Shown here: positions 24,001-35,800 of the stretch, in pieces
How the letters are laid out: every line of letters begins with the position of its first letter
Position numbering within the stretch: position 1 is the stretch's first letter
Assembly: GCF_964213995.1 (NCBI RefSeq)
Contig: NC_135808.1
Span: 83,824,001-83,888,000 of the forward strand
Reading direction: 5' to 3'
DNA from: Mustelus asterias
Taxonomy: Eukaryota
Length of the DNA: 64,000 nt
Program-made: the position numbers and the translations under genes
The notes under the pieces: generated by a model
What the model was told of the DNA's origin: nothing
Seen by the model: only the letters and a program-made list of their open reading frames with translations
Databases searched by the model: none

Positions 24001-25026
24001 CGCCACTGCAGGCAGCTGAAGTCGATGAGGAGGACCCCTGCTGGTCGTTCGTGGTCAGTGTCGACCAACATGGCTGCCCCCATGAGTCGCACGTGGGTGA
24101 GGGCGCCAAACTCAGCGACCCCTGGTGGTCATACTCCTCCGACTCCGTCGACCGTAATGGCGTCGTCCTGGTCTCGCACGTGGACGAACCCCGCGACGAC
24201 TTCGACGACGAAGACCCGAGCTCTGAAGAATCGCAGGCCGCACTGCCGTTCCTGGGTTTAGATCGGCACACTTTTGAATAATGCCCTTTTTTACCGCATG
24301 CGGTGCACAACACAGCTTTAGCGGGACACTTTTGCCGAGTATGCTTCGCTCCTCCACAGAAATAGCACCGCGGGCCGCCCGGGGCTGCTGCTGTCGTCTG
24401 GCCCGAATGGGAGCACGCCATTACACAGCATTTCGAACCCGAGGGACAAGGAGGGATTTGCGACTGCTCCTGCTACGTTGTCTCCACATGGTCCTCCGGA
24501 TATAATACTAAGCTTTTGGAGGCCGACTCGAGCATCTCTGCTAACTCGATGGCCTGGGTAAGATTAAGGTTACCCTTCTCCAACAGTTTAAGTCGAATGT
24601 ACGACGATCCGACCCCGGCCACAAACGCATCTCGGGCGATGCCGTACATGCTCTGCTCAGCTGACACAGCTTTGCAGTCACAGCCCCTGGCTAGCTGTAG
24701 GAGCTCGTTCGCATAGTCATCGTTTCGCCAGACTGCCGTTGTCGAGTGGCCAGGAGGTAACGAGCATGTATCTCATTAGGTGGTTTGGTATAGCGCTTCT
24801 TCAGAAGCTCGAGGGCCTTAGGATAATCGGTGGCCGCACGGATCGCGAGGTAGACAGTGTCGCTTACCCTCGCATGGAGGACCCGGAGTCTGTCATCATC
24901 TGTGGTGACCGCTGCGGAGGCTGCCAGGTAGTCCTCGAAACACTTCAGCCAGTGGTCGAAGGTGTTAGAAGCGCCCACCGCACGAGGATCTAGCGTAAGG
25001 CGTTCCAGCTTCAGAATTTGCTCCAT
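21041..25026 (-). pseudogene. Gypsy gag-pol polyprotein, disrupted by a few frameshifts/stops
   Basis: Gag (24691-25026, 24473-24667), double zinc knuckle CYFCGGAKH..CTACGKKGHYSKVC, protease FDSGS, RT FGVTNG..YLDN, RNase H ESDAS..EKEA..TDQ (ORF 22349-24421), and integrase HHCC + D,D,E (ORF 21671-22315). Confidence 0.93.
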
Positions 25027-25063
25027 ACTCTCTCTCTTTTTTTTTCTCGACGAGAGTTTAACG

Positions 25064-25076
25064 ACAGTAAATAAAA
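25064..25076 (-). promoter_or_regulatory. Putative self-priming primer-binding site
   Basis: Lies 1 nt inside the 5' LTR boundary, has no TGG, and is a perfect 13-nt complement of LTR positions 25125-25137. Confidence 0.7.
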
Positions 25077-25077
25077 T

Positions 25078-25394
25078 TGATGCGCTATTCAGACACGAGG
25101 CTTGAAGCTCAGTAAATGAAAGGCTTTTATTTACTGTTAACGAAGCTACCAGAACTTATATACACTATCCCAGACTGAAGGTGTCCCGGCCAGAGCAGGA
25201 TTTCTTATACCTCTCCCAGGAGGCGGAGCCCGACTGGGATGTGCCACAACACTACAGTACAAAGGTGTAACAACCCCACCCTAACCCCAACAGCAACAAT
25301 AGCACAACCCAACAGTAACATATGTACATCCTTGTAGTACTGGCCAGCCCCTGGCTCAGCACTATCCAGTGGGAACCAACGATGGTTCACCACA
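25078..25394 (-). repeat. Gypsy 5' LTR (317 bp)
   Basis: TG...CA ends; minus-strand TATATAAG at 25162-25155; AATAAA within the predicted R region. Confidence 0.95.
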
Positions 25395-26554
25395 ATGAGC
25401 CTTACACCAAATATCAGTAAGACAAGGGTCCTCTACCAATCTGCCCTTGTCACACAGAACTTCCACCCCAATGGTTTTCAAAATCAATGATGAGGCCTTG
25501 GAAAATGTGAACCACTTTACATACCTTGGGACTCTACTGTCAACAAGGGCAGACATCAACAAAGAGCTTCAACACCGCCTTCAGTGCCCCCGCATAATCT
25601 TTGGTTGCCTGAATAAGTATTTGAAGATCAGGCTCTCAGACCCAGCACAAAGCTCATGGTCTATAGGGCAGTACTGAAACCCCACTCCTACATGGCTCAG
25701 TGATCTGGAGAAGTACCATCATTTCTGCCGCTGTAAGATCCTGCAAATCCATTGGCAAGATAGGTTTACTAATGTCAGTGTTCTTGCTCAGGCCACTATC
25801 CCCAGCATCGAAGCATTGACCACACTCAATCAGCTCTGCTGGGCAGGCCACCTTGTCTGCATGTCTGACCCGAGACTCCCAAAACAAGCACTGTACTTAG
25901 AGCTACGACATAGCAGGCGAGCCCCAGGAGGGTAGAGAAAATGCATCAAGGACACCCAAAACCTCCTGAAAACTTACAACATCCTACTGATACCTGGCCC
26001 AAGATCGCCTGAAGTGGCGGAATAGCATTCGAGAAGGGGCTGAACATCTTGATCTTCATCGCTGAGAGTGAGTGGAAGCTAAGTGTCAACAAGGAGAGGA
26101 GTGTGTAGAAATCATCCGACTCATCTACTCCTCCAACCCTCATCTGCTCCACCTGTGATGGAGATTGTAGGTTGTCACTGAGTGTGTAACCTCGTGTGGA
26201 GTAGTACGGAGGGGGAGTGACAAGTCCAGTTTGGAGCAGGGCAGGAAAAAGGTGGTGAACCCAATATGCAGCAGCCACGGGATGAGGATGGTGAACCTAA
26301 TGTGGAGCAGTGGGAAAGGAGAGCGTTGAACCCAGTTTGGAGCACAGAGAGGTGCAGAGTGGCAAAGGTGGTATAAAGAAATACGGAGTCGGTGGGCCGA
26401 TCCCAGTGTTGAACAGTGTGTTTGAAGGAAGGTGAAATCAGTGTGGAGCAGTGTGGGATGAGGATGGTGAATTCAATGTGCAGGAGGAGAATGTAGATCC
26501 CGATGTGAAGCAGATCGTGAGGATTTTCCTGGAGCTAGTGTTGAATACTGCAGG

Positions 26555-27062
26555 GGTATTTCATAATCATTTCATTATTCAATGTCATGTTTACCAGTTC
26601 TAACAGCCCAGTAGATACCAAAGTAAAATACTTTGTGATATTTATGCCATCTCTCTGCAGTTACTTTTGGTATTGTCCTGTCTGTTCTTCAATCATTATA
26701 TTCCTATTCCAGCCTTCAATTTTCTTCATTGATGTGCTGGTGAAATATTTTACTATTTTGGTTTATGTTACTTGAAAAATGGATCTAATTGTTTCTCTTT
26801 ACCTTTGTAATTGTTTTTTGACTTCTCTCCTAATCTCTTCATAGCCTCTATTATCATGGACTTCTCTGTAGTCACTGTATTTAACGTATTTGTCTATCCT
26901 AACCCTCAAGTGTTCCTTATATCTTTAATCATCTATGGAGTTGCACTTGTATTCAATTTCTTCTTTATTCTTTGGCTGAATATATTTCTGCTGCACTCTT
27001 TTGCACCCCATTTTAAATGTTTCCCATGGTTGTTCTACATTGATGCTTGCCAATATTGTTGC
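26555..27062 (-). mobile_element. Old CR1 ORF2 linker fragment, co-amplified with satellite 2 (copy 1 of 4)
   Basis: Minus-strand NVEQPWETFK..VQQKYI. Same left junction ggtatttcataa as the other three copies. Confidence 0.65.
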
Positions 27063-28007
27063 CCAGTGTGAAGCAGTGTGGAGGAGAGTGTGAACCCAGT
27101 ATAAAGCAATGTGGGAGGGGAGTGGTGAACCCAGTGTGGAGCAGTGCGGGAGGAGTGCGGTGAACGCCGTGTGCAGCAGCATGGGAGAAAAGTGGTGAAC
27201 TCTGTGTGAAGCAGCGCGGGAGAAGTGCAGTTAACCCATTGCTGAGTAGAATGGTGAACCCAATGTGCAGTAGCGTGGGAGGAGAGTGGTGAACCCATTG
27301 CAGAGCAGTGCGGGAGCAAAGCAGTGAACCCAGGGTGGATCAGTGTGGGAGGGGAGCATGGTGAACCCAGTATAAAGCAGCATGGCAGGTGTGTGGCATA
27401 TCCCGTTTGGAGCAATGCAGGAGGATGCTGGCAAGCCCTGTGTGGACCAGCATGTATGGACAGTGCCAAACCCAGCATGGGACAGTGTGGGAGAAGGACA
27501 TGGCACATGATGTGCAGCAGTGTGAGAGGAGAGCTGTGAACTCATTGTGGAGAGTTGCGGGTGGTGAGCGCAACCGCATTGTAGGGCAGTTTGGGAGGCG
27601 ATCAGTGAACCTATTGTGGAGCAGCGCTCGAGAAGAATATTGAACACGTTGTGGAGCAGAGTGGGTGCAGAGAGGCAAACCTGGTATAAAACAGCATAGG
27701 AGGAGAGAGAGCCGATCCCAGTGTACAATAGTGTGTTATGAGGGAGGTCAACCCAGTGTGGAGCAGTGTGGAGGAAGGATGGCAAACCCAGTATGGGGCA
27801 GCACTGGAGGAGGCTGCTGTACTCAATATGGAGCAGTGCAGGAAGAGAACTGTGAACCCAGAGTGGAGCAGTGAAGGAGGAAAGCAGTATGCCCAGTGTA
27901 GAACAGCACTGGAGAATGGTGGTATGGACCGGCATGGGAGGAGAGCAGCAAACCCAGTGTGTAGAGAGCAAAAGGTGAGCGTTGAATCCTGTGTTGAATA
28001 GTGCAGC

Positions 28008-28382
28008 GGTATTTCATAACTTATCGCATCATTCAATGTCACATCTACTTGTTCTCACACCCCAATAAACACCAAAGCAAATTACGCTGTTGTTAGTTTT
28101 GGTATTGTCCAGTCTAATCTTTAATGATCATATTCCCATTCAAGCATTCTTTTTTCTTATTGATGTGCCGATGAAATATTTTACTATTTTGTATTACGTT
28201 CCTTGAATATTTGATCTGATATTTCTTCTTTACCATTGTTTTTTCAGTTCTCTCCTAATCTCTTCATAGCCTCTATTATCTTTATTCTTTAGTTGAATAT
28301 AATTCTCCTGCACAATATTGAACACCAGTTTAAATGTTTCCCATTGTTGTTCTATATTGATTTTTGCCAATATTGTTGCCCA
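28008..28382 (-). mobile_element. CR1 linker fragment, copy 2
   Basis: INIEQQWETFKLVFNIVQENYI (ORF 28230-28547); similar to 26555-27062. Confidence 0.65.
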
Positions 28383-28494
28383 ATGTGAAGCAGCATGGGG
28401 TAGAAGAATAGCAGTGTGGGAGGAGAGCGGTGAACCCAGTGTGGGGCAGTGCGAGGGGAAGGGGTGTGGCGGCGGTGAGTGGCGAACCCAGTAT

Positions 28495-28649
28495 ATGATG
28501 TGGAGATGCCGGCGTTGGACTGGGGTGAACACAGTAAGAAGTCTCACAACACCAGGTTAAAGTCCAACAGGTTTATTTGGTAGCAAATACCATGAGCTTT
28601 CGGAGCGCTGCTCCTTCCACTCCATCTGACGAAGGAGCAGCGCTCCGAA
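28495..28649 (-). mobile_element. Penelope pLTR-derived insert with two head-to-head partial hammerheads
   Basis: 28495-28617 matches the pLTR at 55637-55759, followed by an inverted CACTCCATCTGACGAAGGAGCAGCGCTCCGAA (28618-28649). No clear TSD. Confidence 0.85.
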
Positions 28650-28715
28650 GTGTGTGCGCGCAGGAAGTGTGTGGTGTAGCACTGGAGGGAAGTGGGAGGA
28701 AGGCAGCACAATCAG

Positions 28716-29007
28716 TTTGATTTAAATTGATTTATTACTGTCACATGTATTAGTATACAGTGAAAAATATTGTTTCTTGCGTGCTATACAGGCAAAGCAC
28801 ACCGTACATAGAGAAGGAGAGGGTGGAGAATGTAGTGAAACAGTCATAGCTAGGGTGTAGAGAAAGATCAGCTTAATATAAGGTAGGTTCATTCAAAAGT
28901 CTGATGGAAGTAGGGAAGAAGTTGTTCTTGAGTCGGTTGGTATGTGATCTCAGACTTTTGTATCTTTTTCCCAGTGGAAGAAGATGGAAGACAGTATGAC
29001 CGGGATG
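28716..29007 (-). mobile_element. Rex1/Babar-type LINE 3' end
   Basis: HPGHTVFHLLPLGKRYKSLRSHTNRLKNNFFPTSIRLLN, then a 3' UTR with AATAAA and an (AAATC)n-like tail. Confidence 0.8.
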
Positions 29008-29014
29008 TGGAGCA

Positions 29015-30275
29015 CAGTGTGGAGCAGCGCAGGAGGAGAGCGGCGATGGCAGTGTGGAGCAGTGCAGGAAGAGAGCGGCGATGGCAGTGTGGAGCAGTGC
29101 AGGAAGAGAGCGGCGATGGCAGTGTAGAGCAGCGCAGGAGGAGAGCAACAAATCCAATATGTAGCAGTGGAGGAAGAGAGAGGTGAAAACAGTGTGGAGC
29201 AGCCTGGGAGGAGAGCAGGCAGAGTGCGGTGAACCCAGTCGAGCAGTGCGCCTGGATGGCGAACTCAGTAAGAGCAGTGTGGGATGAGAGTGACAAACCC
29301 TGTGTGGAGCAGCGCAGGAGTTGAGTGGTGAACACAGTGTTGAGCAGTGCAGCAGTATAGCAACAAACCCAGTGTGGGAGAAGGGTGTTGAACGCAATAC
29401 TTAAGTTTAAATTTAGTTATTAGTCACAAGTAGGCTTACATTAACACTGCAATGAAGTTACTGTGAAAATCCCAGTGGATTTGTGGAGTAGAGCGGGAGG
29501 ACAGTGGTTAACCCAGTGTGGAACAGCACAATAGAGAGCAACGAACCCAACGTGGAGCAGTGTGGGAGAAGGGCGGTGAATCCAGGCTGGAGCAACACAG
29601 TGGGACGTGAGAGGTGAATGCAGTGTGGAGCAGCAGAGGAGGAGAGCAGTGAACACAATGTAATGCAATGCAGGATGGCAATGGCAAACCCAGTTTGGAG
29701 TGTGGCAGTGGATAAACCCAGTGTGAACAGCACAGGAGAGGAGTGGCGAACACAGCATGGAGCAGCACAGGAGGAGAGTGACAATACCAACGTGGAAGCG
29801 TGTAGGCGGACAGCAGTGAACCCAGTGGATCAGTGCGGGAGGACGGCGAACCGCGTATGGAGCAGAGCTGGGAAGAAAGTGGTGATCCTAATAATGAGGG
29901 CAGAGAGGGGCGAGCTCAGTGTGGAGCAGCGCAGGAGGAGAGCGGCGATGGCAGTGTGGAGCAGTGCAGGAAGAGAGCGGCGATGGCAGTGTGGAGCAGT
30001 GCAGGAAGAGAGCGGCGATGGCAGTGTAGAGCAGCGCAGGAGGAGAGCAACAAATCCAATATGTAGCAGTGGAGGAAGAGAGAGGTGAAAACAGTGTGGA
30101 GCAGCCTGGGAGGAGAGCAGGCAGAGTGCGGTGAACCCAGTCGAGCAGTGCGCCTGGATGGCGAACTCAGTAAGAGCAGTGTGGGATGAGAGTGACAAAC
30201 CCTGTGTGGAGCAGCGCAGGAGTTGAGTGGTGAACACAGTGTTGAGCAATGCAGCAGTATAGCAACAAACCCAGG
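29015..30275. repeat. Recent ~360-bp direct duplication (29015-29372 and 29917-30275)
   Basis: Almost identical DNA; ORFs 28873-29397 and 29916-30314 share long identical peptides. Confidence 0.9.
29400..29473 (-). mobile_element. Short AT-rich insert, probably the 3' tail of a LINE/SINE
   Basis: Non-satellite sequence ending on the minus strand in CTTGTGACTAATAACTAAATTTAAACTT. Family not determined. Confidence 0.45.
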
Positions 30276-30291
30276 GTGGAGCAGTGCGTCA

Positions 30292-30870
30292 GGAGCAACT
30301 ACACCGAGCAGCAACTACAAGAGAAATGCAGGAAACAGCACCAAGCACTGTACATGGCCTTCTTTGATCTCACAAAAGCCTTCAACATTGTCAACCCTGA
30401 GGGATTATAGAGCACTCTCCTCCATTTCAGCTGCTCCAAAGGTTTGTCATCATTCTCCATCTGCTCAACAATGACATGCAAATTGTGATCCTGATCGATG
30501 GATCCACCACAAATCCAATTCACTTTCAGAAAGGGGTTAAGGAATTCTGTGTCATCACACCAACACTCTTCTCAAACTTGCTTCCTGCAATGCTCCATCT
30601 CACCCTGAGCAAGCTGCCTCTGGAGTGTAGGTAAATTACAGGGCAAACAAGAATCTGTTCAGCCTCAGAATGCCTCAAGTGGAGAAAAACCATCTGAGAA
30701 TAAGCTAAGCATCTTGATCTTCATCACCAAGAGCAAGTGGAAGCGAAGCATCGACAGGGAAAGGAGCACATAGCAATCCACCCACTCCTCCAATCCCTAT
30801 CGGCCCCACCTGTAACAGAGATTGTAGGTTGTGCATTGGACTGCTCCGTCACCTGAGAACTTATTTTTGA
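30292..30870 (+). mobile_element. RTE LINE RT/3' fragment (macro-repeat copy, internally deleted)
   Basis: Begins gagcaactacaccgagcagcaactacaagagaaatgcagg (QLQEKCR..LYMAFFDLTKAF). Confidence 0.8.
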
Positions 30871-31514
30871 GCGTGGCACCAAGTATGCAGCTGCGCGGGA
30901 AGAGCATGGTGAACCCAGTATGAAGCTCAGGAGGATGGCAGCGAACCCAGTATGTGCAGTGAATCCAGTATTCCAGCAGCCCGTGAGGTGTGGAGGAGTG
31001 CAGAGGCGGGAGCAGCGATTGCAAGCTGGAAGAGCGTGAGAGGAAGTCGGTGAACCCAGTGTGGAGTAATGCAATAGGAGGGGATTGAACCCAGTGTGGA
31101 GCAGCACGTGAGGAAAGGGAGGACACCAGTATGGAGCAGAGCGTGAGGACAGCAGTCAATGCAGTATGGGGCAGCGTGATAGAGAGCAGTGAACTCAATG
31201 TCCATCAGTGTGGCAGGGGAGTGCCGGACCCAGTGTGGATCAGCACAAGAGGAGAGAGGTGAATCCTGTGTGGAGTGGCAGAGGACAGGATTAGCAAATT
31301 CTGTGCAGAAAACATGTCAGGAGGGCGGTTTTCCCTCTGGAGCAATATGGGAGAAGAGCAGTGAATTCAGTATGGAGCAGTGCAGAGATGAGCGGTGAAC
31401 CCAGTGTGGAGCAGTGCAGGATCGGAGTGGCGAGAGCTGTGTGCAGAAGCATGGGAGGAGAGCGAGAAATCCTGTGGAGCAATATGGAATGAGAGCAGCG
31501 AACCCAGTATTATA

Positions 31515-31885
31515 CAGTGCTCAGGCCGAACAGAATCCCAAGTGGACCAACGGGTCAGTGCCATCCTCATGAGCTCATGAGGCCATCACTGCACTTCATG
31601 AATCTTTGGGACAGAGGTCTTGTGGGAAAGTGAAAAGAAGAAATTAGGAGTATGCAGGCTTGCATTTCCTCGGACTATATACTGGAGCCTGACCTCAGGT
31701 TCTCTTGGACCACCTTGCCACTGCACCAAGGCCTTGCACTGTTAAGCCCATGTGGTAGCTGAATTCTCATTAAGAGAATTCTTGCAAGGCACCTTCCATC
31801 CCTTAAAATGAAGTTCGGGACCTGGAATGGCCTAACCCTCATGGACATCCCCAACAGTGACAGACGGGAACGGCATCCTGCTATT
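31515..31885 (+). mobile_element. RTE LINE 5' UTR and ORF start (duplicated at ~34792-35162)
   Basis: ATGAAGTTCGGGACCTGGAAT (MKFGTWN, start of APE); similar to 41172-41530. Confidence 0.7.
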
Positions 31886-32081
31886 GTGGCCAGTGCAGAA
31901 TAGTGTATTAGCAGGAAAATGAACGCAATGTGGAGCAGTGTGGGATGAGGATGGCGAATCCAATATAGAGCAGTGCAGGAGGAGAACGATGAACCCAATA
32001 TAGAACAGCGCAGAAGAATGTTCAAGGCAATGTAGAGCAGTGTGAGCGGCGAGCATCGGACCCAGTGTGGAACAGTGCAAT

Positions 32082-32572
32082 GGTATTTCATAACTCATTT
32101 CATCATTCAATGTTATATCTGCCTGTTCTAACATCCCAGTAAACATCAAAGCAAAATACTTATTCAATATTCCTGCCATCTCTCTGTTGTTACTTTTGGT
32201 ATTGTTCTGTCTACTCTTTAATGATCATATTCCCATTAAAGCCGTCCTTTTTCTGATTGGTGTGCCGATAAATTACTCTACTCTTTTATTTTATGTTCCT
32301 TCAAAATTTGATCTCATGGTTTCTCTTTACCTTTGTAATTGTTTTTTTGACTTATTTCCTCATCCCTTTCTATTATCATGGACTTCTCTGCAGTCTATGT
32401 ACTTAATATGTTCCTTTTTCCTAACCCTTAAGTGTTCCTTATATCTTTATTCATCTAGAGCTCTACTTGCATTTAATTTCTTATTTGTTCTTTAACTGAA
32501 TATATTTATCCTGCACTCTGTTAAATTGCATTTTAAACGTTTCCCATTGCTTTTCTACATTGATGTTTGCCC
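32082..32572 (-). mobile_element. CR1 linker fragment, copy 3 (copy 4 at ~35359-35849)
   Basis: MAGILNKYFALMFT (ORF 31832-32179) corresponds to CR1 MAEELNSYFDFVFT. Confidence 0.7.
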
Positions 32573-32696
32573 AGAGTGAAGCAGCGCAGGAGGAGAGCGG
32601 CGTACCCAGTGTGCAGCAGCGTGGGAGGAAGAAGGCAGTGAACCCAGTACGGAGCAGTGTGTGGGATGAAGGCGGGGGGAGTGGTGAACCAAATAT

Positions 32697-32845
32697 AAAA
32701 CAGGAAATGATGGCAAATCTCAGCAGGTCTGTCAGCGTTTATGGAGAGAGAATAGAGTCAATGTTCTGAGTCTGGATGCTGAGATTTTCCAGCATTTTCT
32801 TTTTTTGTTTCAGATTCCAGCATCCACAGCAATTTACTTTTATCT
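32697..32845. mobile_element. ~150-bp hairpin element (family 2); further copies at ~33778-33932, 35974-36120 and 36855-37010
   Basis: Inverted arms AAACAGAAAATGCTGGAAAATCT..GC / GCTGAGATTTTCCAGCATTTTCTGTTT, unrelated to the satellite. Confidence 0.7.
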
Positions 32846-35800
32846 CAGTTTAAAGCAGTGAGGGATGTGTATGGTAACCTGGTGTGGAATAATGCGGGTG
32901 CGGAGCGGTGACCCCAGGGTAGAACAACATGAGAGGAAGGCAGTAAGCCCAGTGTGGAGCAGTGCGGGAGGAGAGCTTTGGACCCAGTGTGGAGCAGCAC
33001 AGCAGAAGAGGGAGGAAACCAGTATGGAGCAGATCAGGAGGACAGCGATCAGTCCCCCAGGATGAAACAGTGGAATGGAGGGCACTGAACCCAGTGTGGA
33101 TCAGTGTGTGAGGAGAATGGGGATCTAAGTGTACAGCAGCACAAGAGGTGAGAGGTGAATCCAGTGTGGAGTGGAGCAGCGGAGGACAAGATTGTGCTTA
33201 CCCAGTGTAGAACAACATGTTAGGAGGGCGGTGAACTCTCTGTGGAGCAGGACAGGAGGAGGACGGCGAATCTAGTGTGGAACAGCGCAGGAGGAAATCG
33301 CAAACCCGGTTAAAGCAGTGCGGGAGCAGAGCGGAGAATCCAGTTTGGAATGGCGCGGGGGAGAGCTGCAAACTCAATGTAATGCAATGCAGGACAGAAC
33401 GACGAGCCCAGTTTTGAGTGGTGCAATAGGAGAGCAATGGACCCAGTACGAGCAGCACGAAAGAACGATGGAACCAGTGTGGAGCAATGCGAGAGGAGTA
33501 CGGTGAATTAAATATGGAGCTGTGCAGGCGGAGAATGGTAAACACAGTATGGAGCAATGGAGGAGGAGAGAGGTGAACCCAGTTGAGCAGTGCGCATGGA
33601 TGGTAAACCCTGCAAAGAGCAGTGTGGGAGGAGAACAGTGATCCCAGTGTGGAAGGAATGATTCCAGTGTGTAGCAGCAGCAGCACGGCAGGAGAGCTGT
33701 GAACCCAGTGTGCAGCAGTGTGGGAGGTGGGCAGTGAACCTAATGTGGAGCAGTGCATGGGGTGGTGAACCCAGCCCAAAGCAGAAACAGAAAATGCTGG
33801 AAAACCTTAGCTGGTCTGACAGCATCTATGCAGTGAGAACAGAGTTAACGTTCTGAGTCTGGATGCTGAGATTTTCCAGCATTTTCTGTTTTTGTTTAAG
33901 AGTCCAGCATCCGCAGCAATTTGCTTTTATCTCAGTTTAAAGCAGTGAGGGATGTGTACGGTTACCTGGTGTGGAATAGTGCGGGTGGAGAGCGGTGACC
34001 GCAGGGTAGAACAGCGTGAGAGGAAGGCAGTAAACCCAGTGTGGAGCAATGCGAGACGAGGGCTTTGAATCCAGTGTGGAGCAGCACCTCAGGAGTGTGA
34101 GGAAACCAGTGTGGAGCAGAGCGGGAGGACGGCGGTCAACCCAGTGTGAAGCAGCGCGATAGAGAGCAGTGAACCCAGTGTGGATTATTGTGACAGGAAG
34201 GCAGCTAACCCAGTGTAGAGCAACATGAGAAGTGAGAGGTGAATCCAGTGTGGAGCAATGGAGGACAAGACTGTGCCAACCCAGTGTAGAACAATGTGTT
34301 AGGAGGTCGGTGAACTCTCTTTGGAGCAGGACAGGGGAAGGGTGGTGAACCCGGTGTGGAACAGCGCAGGAGATCAGCGAACCCAGTGAGGAAAGGGAGG
34401 ACACCAGTATGGAGCAGAGCGTGTGGACAGCAGTCAATGCAGAATGGGGCAGCGTGATAGAGAGCAGTGAACTCAATGAACATCAGTGTGGCAGGGGAGT
34501 GCCGGACCCAGTGTGGATCAGCACAAGAGGAGAGAGGTGAATCCTGTGTGGAGCGGCAGAGGACAGGATTAGCAAACTCTATGCAGAAAACATGTCAGGA
34601 GGGCGGTTTTCCCTCTGGAGCAATATGGGAGGAGAGCAGTGAATTCAGTATGGAGCAGTGCAGAGGTGAGCGGTGAACCCAGTGTGGAGCAGTGCAGGAT
34701 CAGAGTGGCGAGAGCTGTGTGCAGAAGCATGGGAGGAGAGCGAGAAAACCTGTGGAGCGATATGGAATAAGAGCAGCGAACCCACATTATACAGTGCTCA
34801 GGCCGAACAGAATCCCAAGCAGACCAACGGGTCAGTGCCATCCTCATGAGCTCATGAGGCCATCACTGCACTTCATGAATCTTTGGGACAGAGGTCTTGT
34901 GGGAAAGTGAAAAGAAGAAATTAGGAGTATGCAGGCTTGCATTTCCTCGGACTATATACTGGAGCCTGACCTCAGGTTCTCTTGGACCCCCTTGCCACTG
35001 CACCAAGGCCTTGCACTGTTAAGCCCATGTGGTAGCTGAATTCTCATTATGAGAATTCTTGCAAGGCACCTTCCATCCCTTAAAATGAAGTTCGGGACCT
35101 GGAATGGCCTAACCCTCATGGACATCCCCAACAGTGACAGACGGGAACGGCATCCTGCTATTGTGGCCAGTGCAGAATAGTGTGTTAGCAGGAAAATGAA
35201 CGCAATGTGGAGCAGTGTGGGATGAGGATGGCGAATCCAATATAGAGCAGTGCAGGAGGAGAACGATGAACCCAATATAGAACAGTGCAGAAGAATGTTC
35301 AAGGCAATGTAGAGCTGTGTGAGTGGAGAGCATTGGACCCAGTGTGGAACAATGCAATGGTATTTCATAACTCATCTCATTATTCAATGCTATATCTGCC
35401 TGTTCTAACATCCCAGTAAACATCAAAGCAAAATACTTATTCAATATTCCTGCCATCTCTCTGTTGTTACTTTTGGTATTGTTCTGTCTACTCTTTAATG
35501 ATCATATTCCCATTAAAGCCGTCCTTTTTCTGATTGGTGTGCCGATAAATTACTTTACTCTTTTATTTTATGTTCCTTCAAAATTTGATCTCATGGTTTC
35601 TCTTTACCTTTGTAATTGTTTTTTTGACTTATTTCCTCATCCCTTTCTATTATCATGGACTTCTCTGCAGTCTATGTACTTAATATGTTCCTTTTTCCTA
35701 ACCCTTAAGTGTTCCTTATATCTTTATTCATCTAGAGCTCTACTTGCATTTAATTTCTTATTTGTTCTTTAACTGAATATATTTATCCTGCACTCTGTTA

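Larger units (their letters stand above)
20672..25394 (-). mobile_element. Near-intact Gypsy/Ty3 LTR retrotransposon (4.7 kb, Mag-like Gag zinc knuckles)
   Basis: Two nearly identical LTRs, 5-bp TSD ATGAG (20667-20671, 25395-25399), PPT AAAGGAGGGGTGAA at 20978-20991, and domain order gag-PR-RT-RH-IN. Confidence 0.96.
20640..26180 (+). mobile_element. RTE-clade LINE 3' fragment, split by the Gypsy insertion
   Basis: KINDEALENVNHFTYLGTLLS..DINKELQHR (25447-25677). The sequence is continuous across the ATGAG TSD. Confidence 0.8.

Noticed and set aside
32187-32495. Hydrophobic 102-aa ORF (duplicated at 35464-35772) resembling a membrane protein
   Set aside because: T-rich antisense reading of a decayed CR1 fragment. 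The second copy comes from the 3.3-kb tandem duplication.
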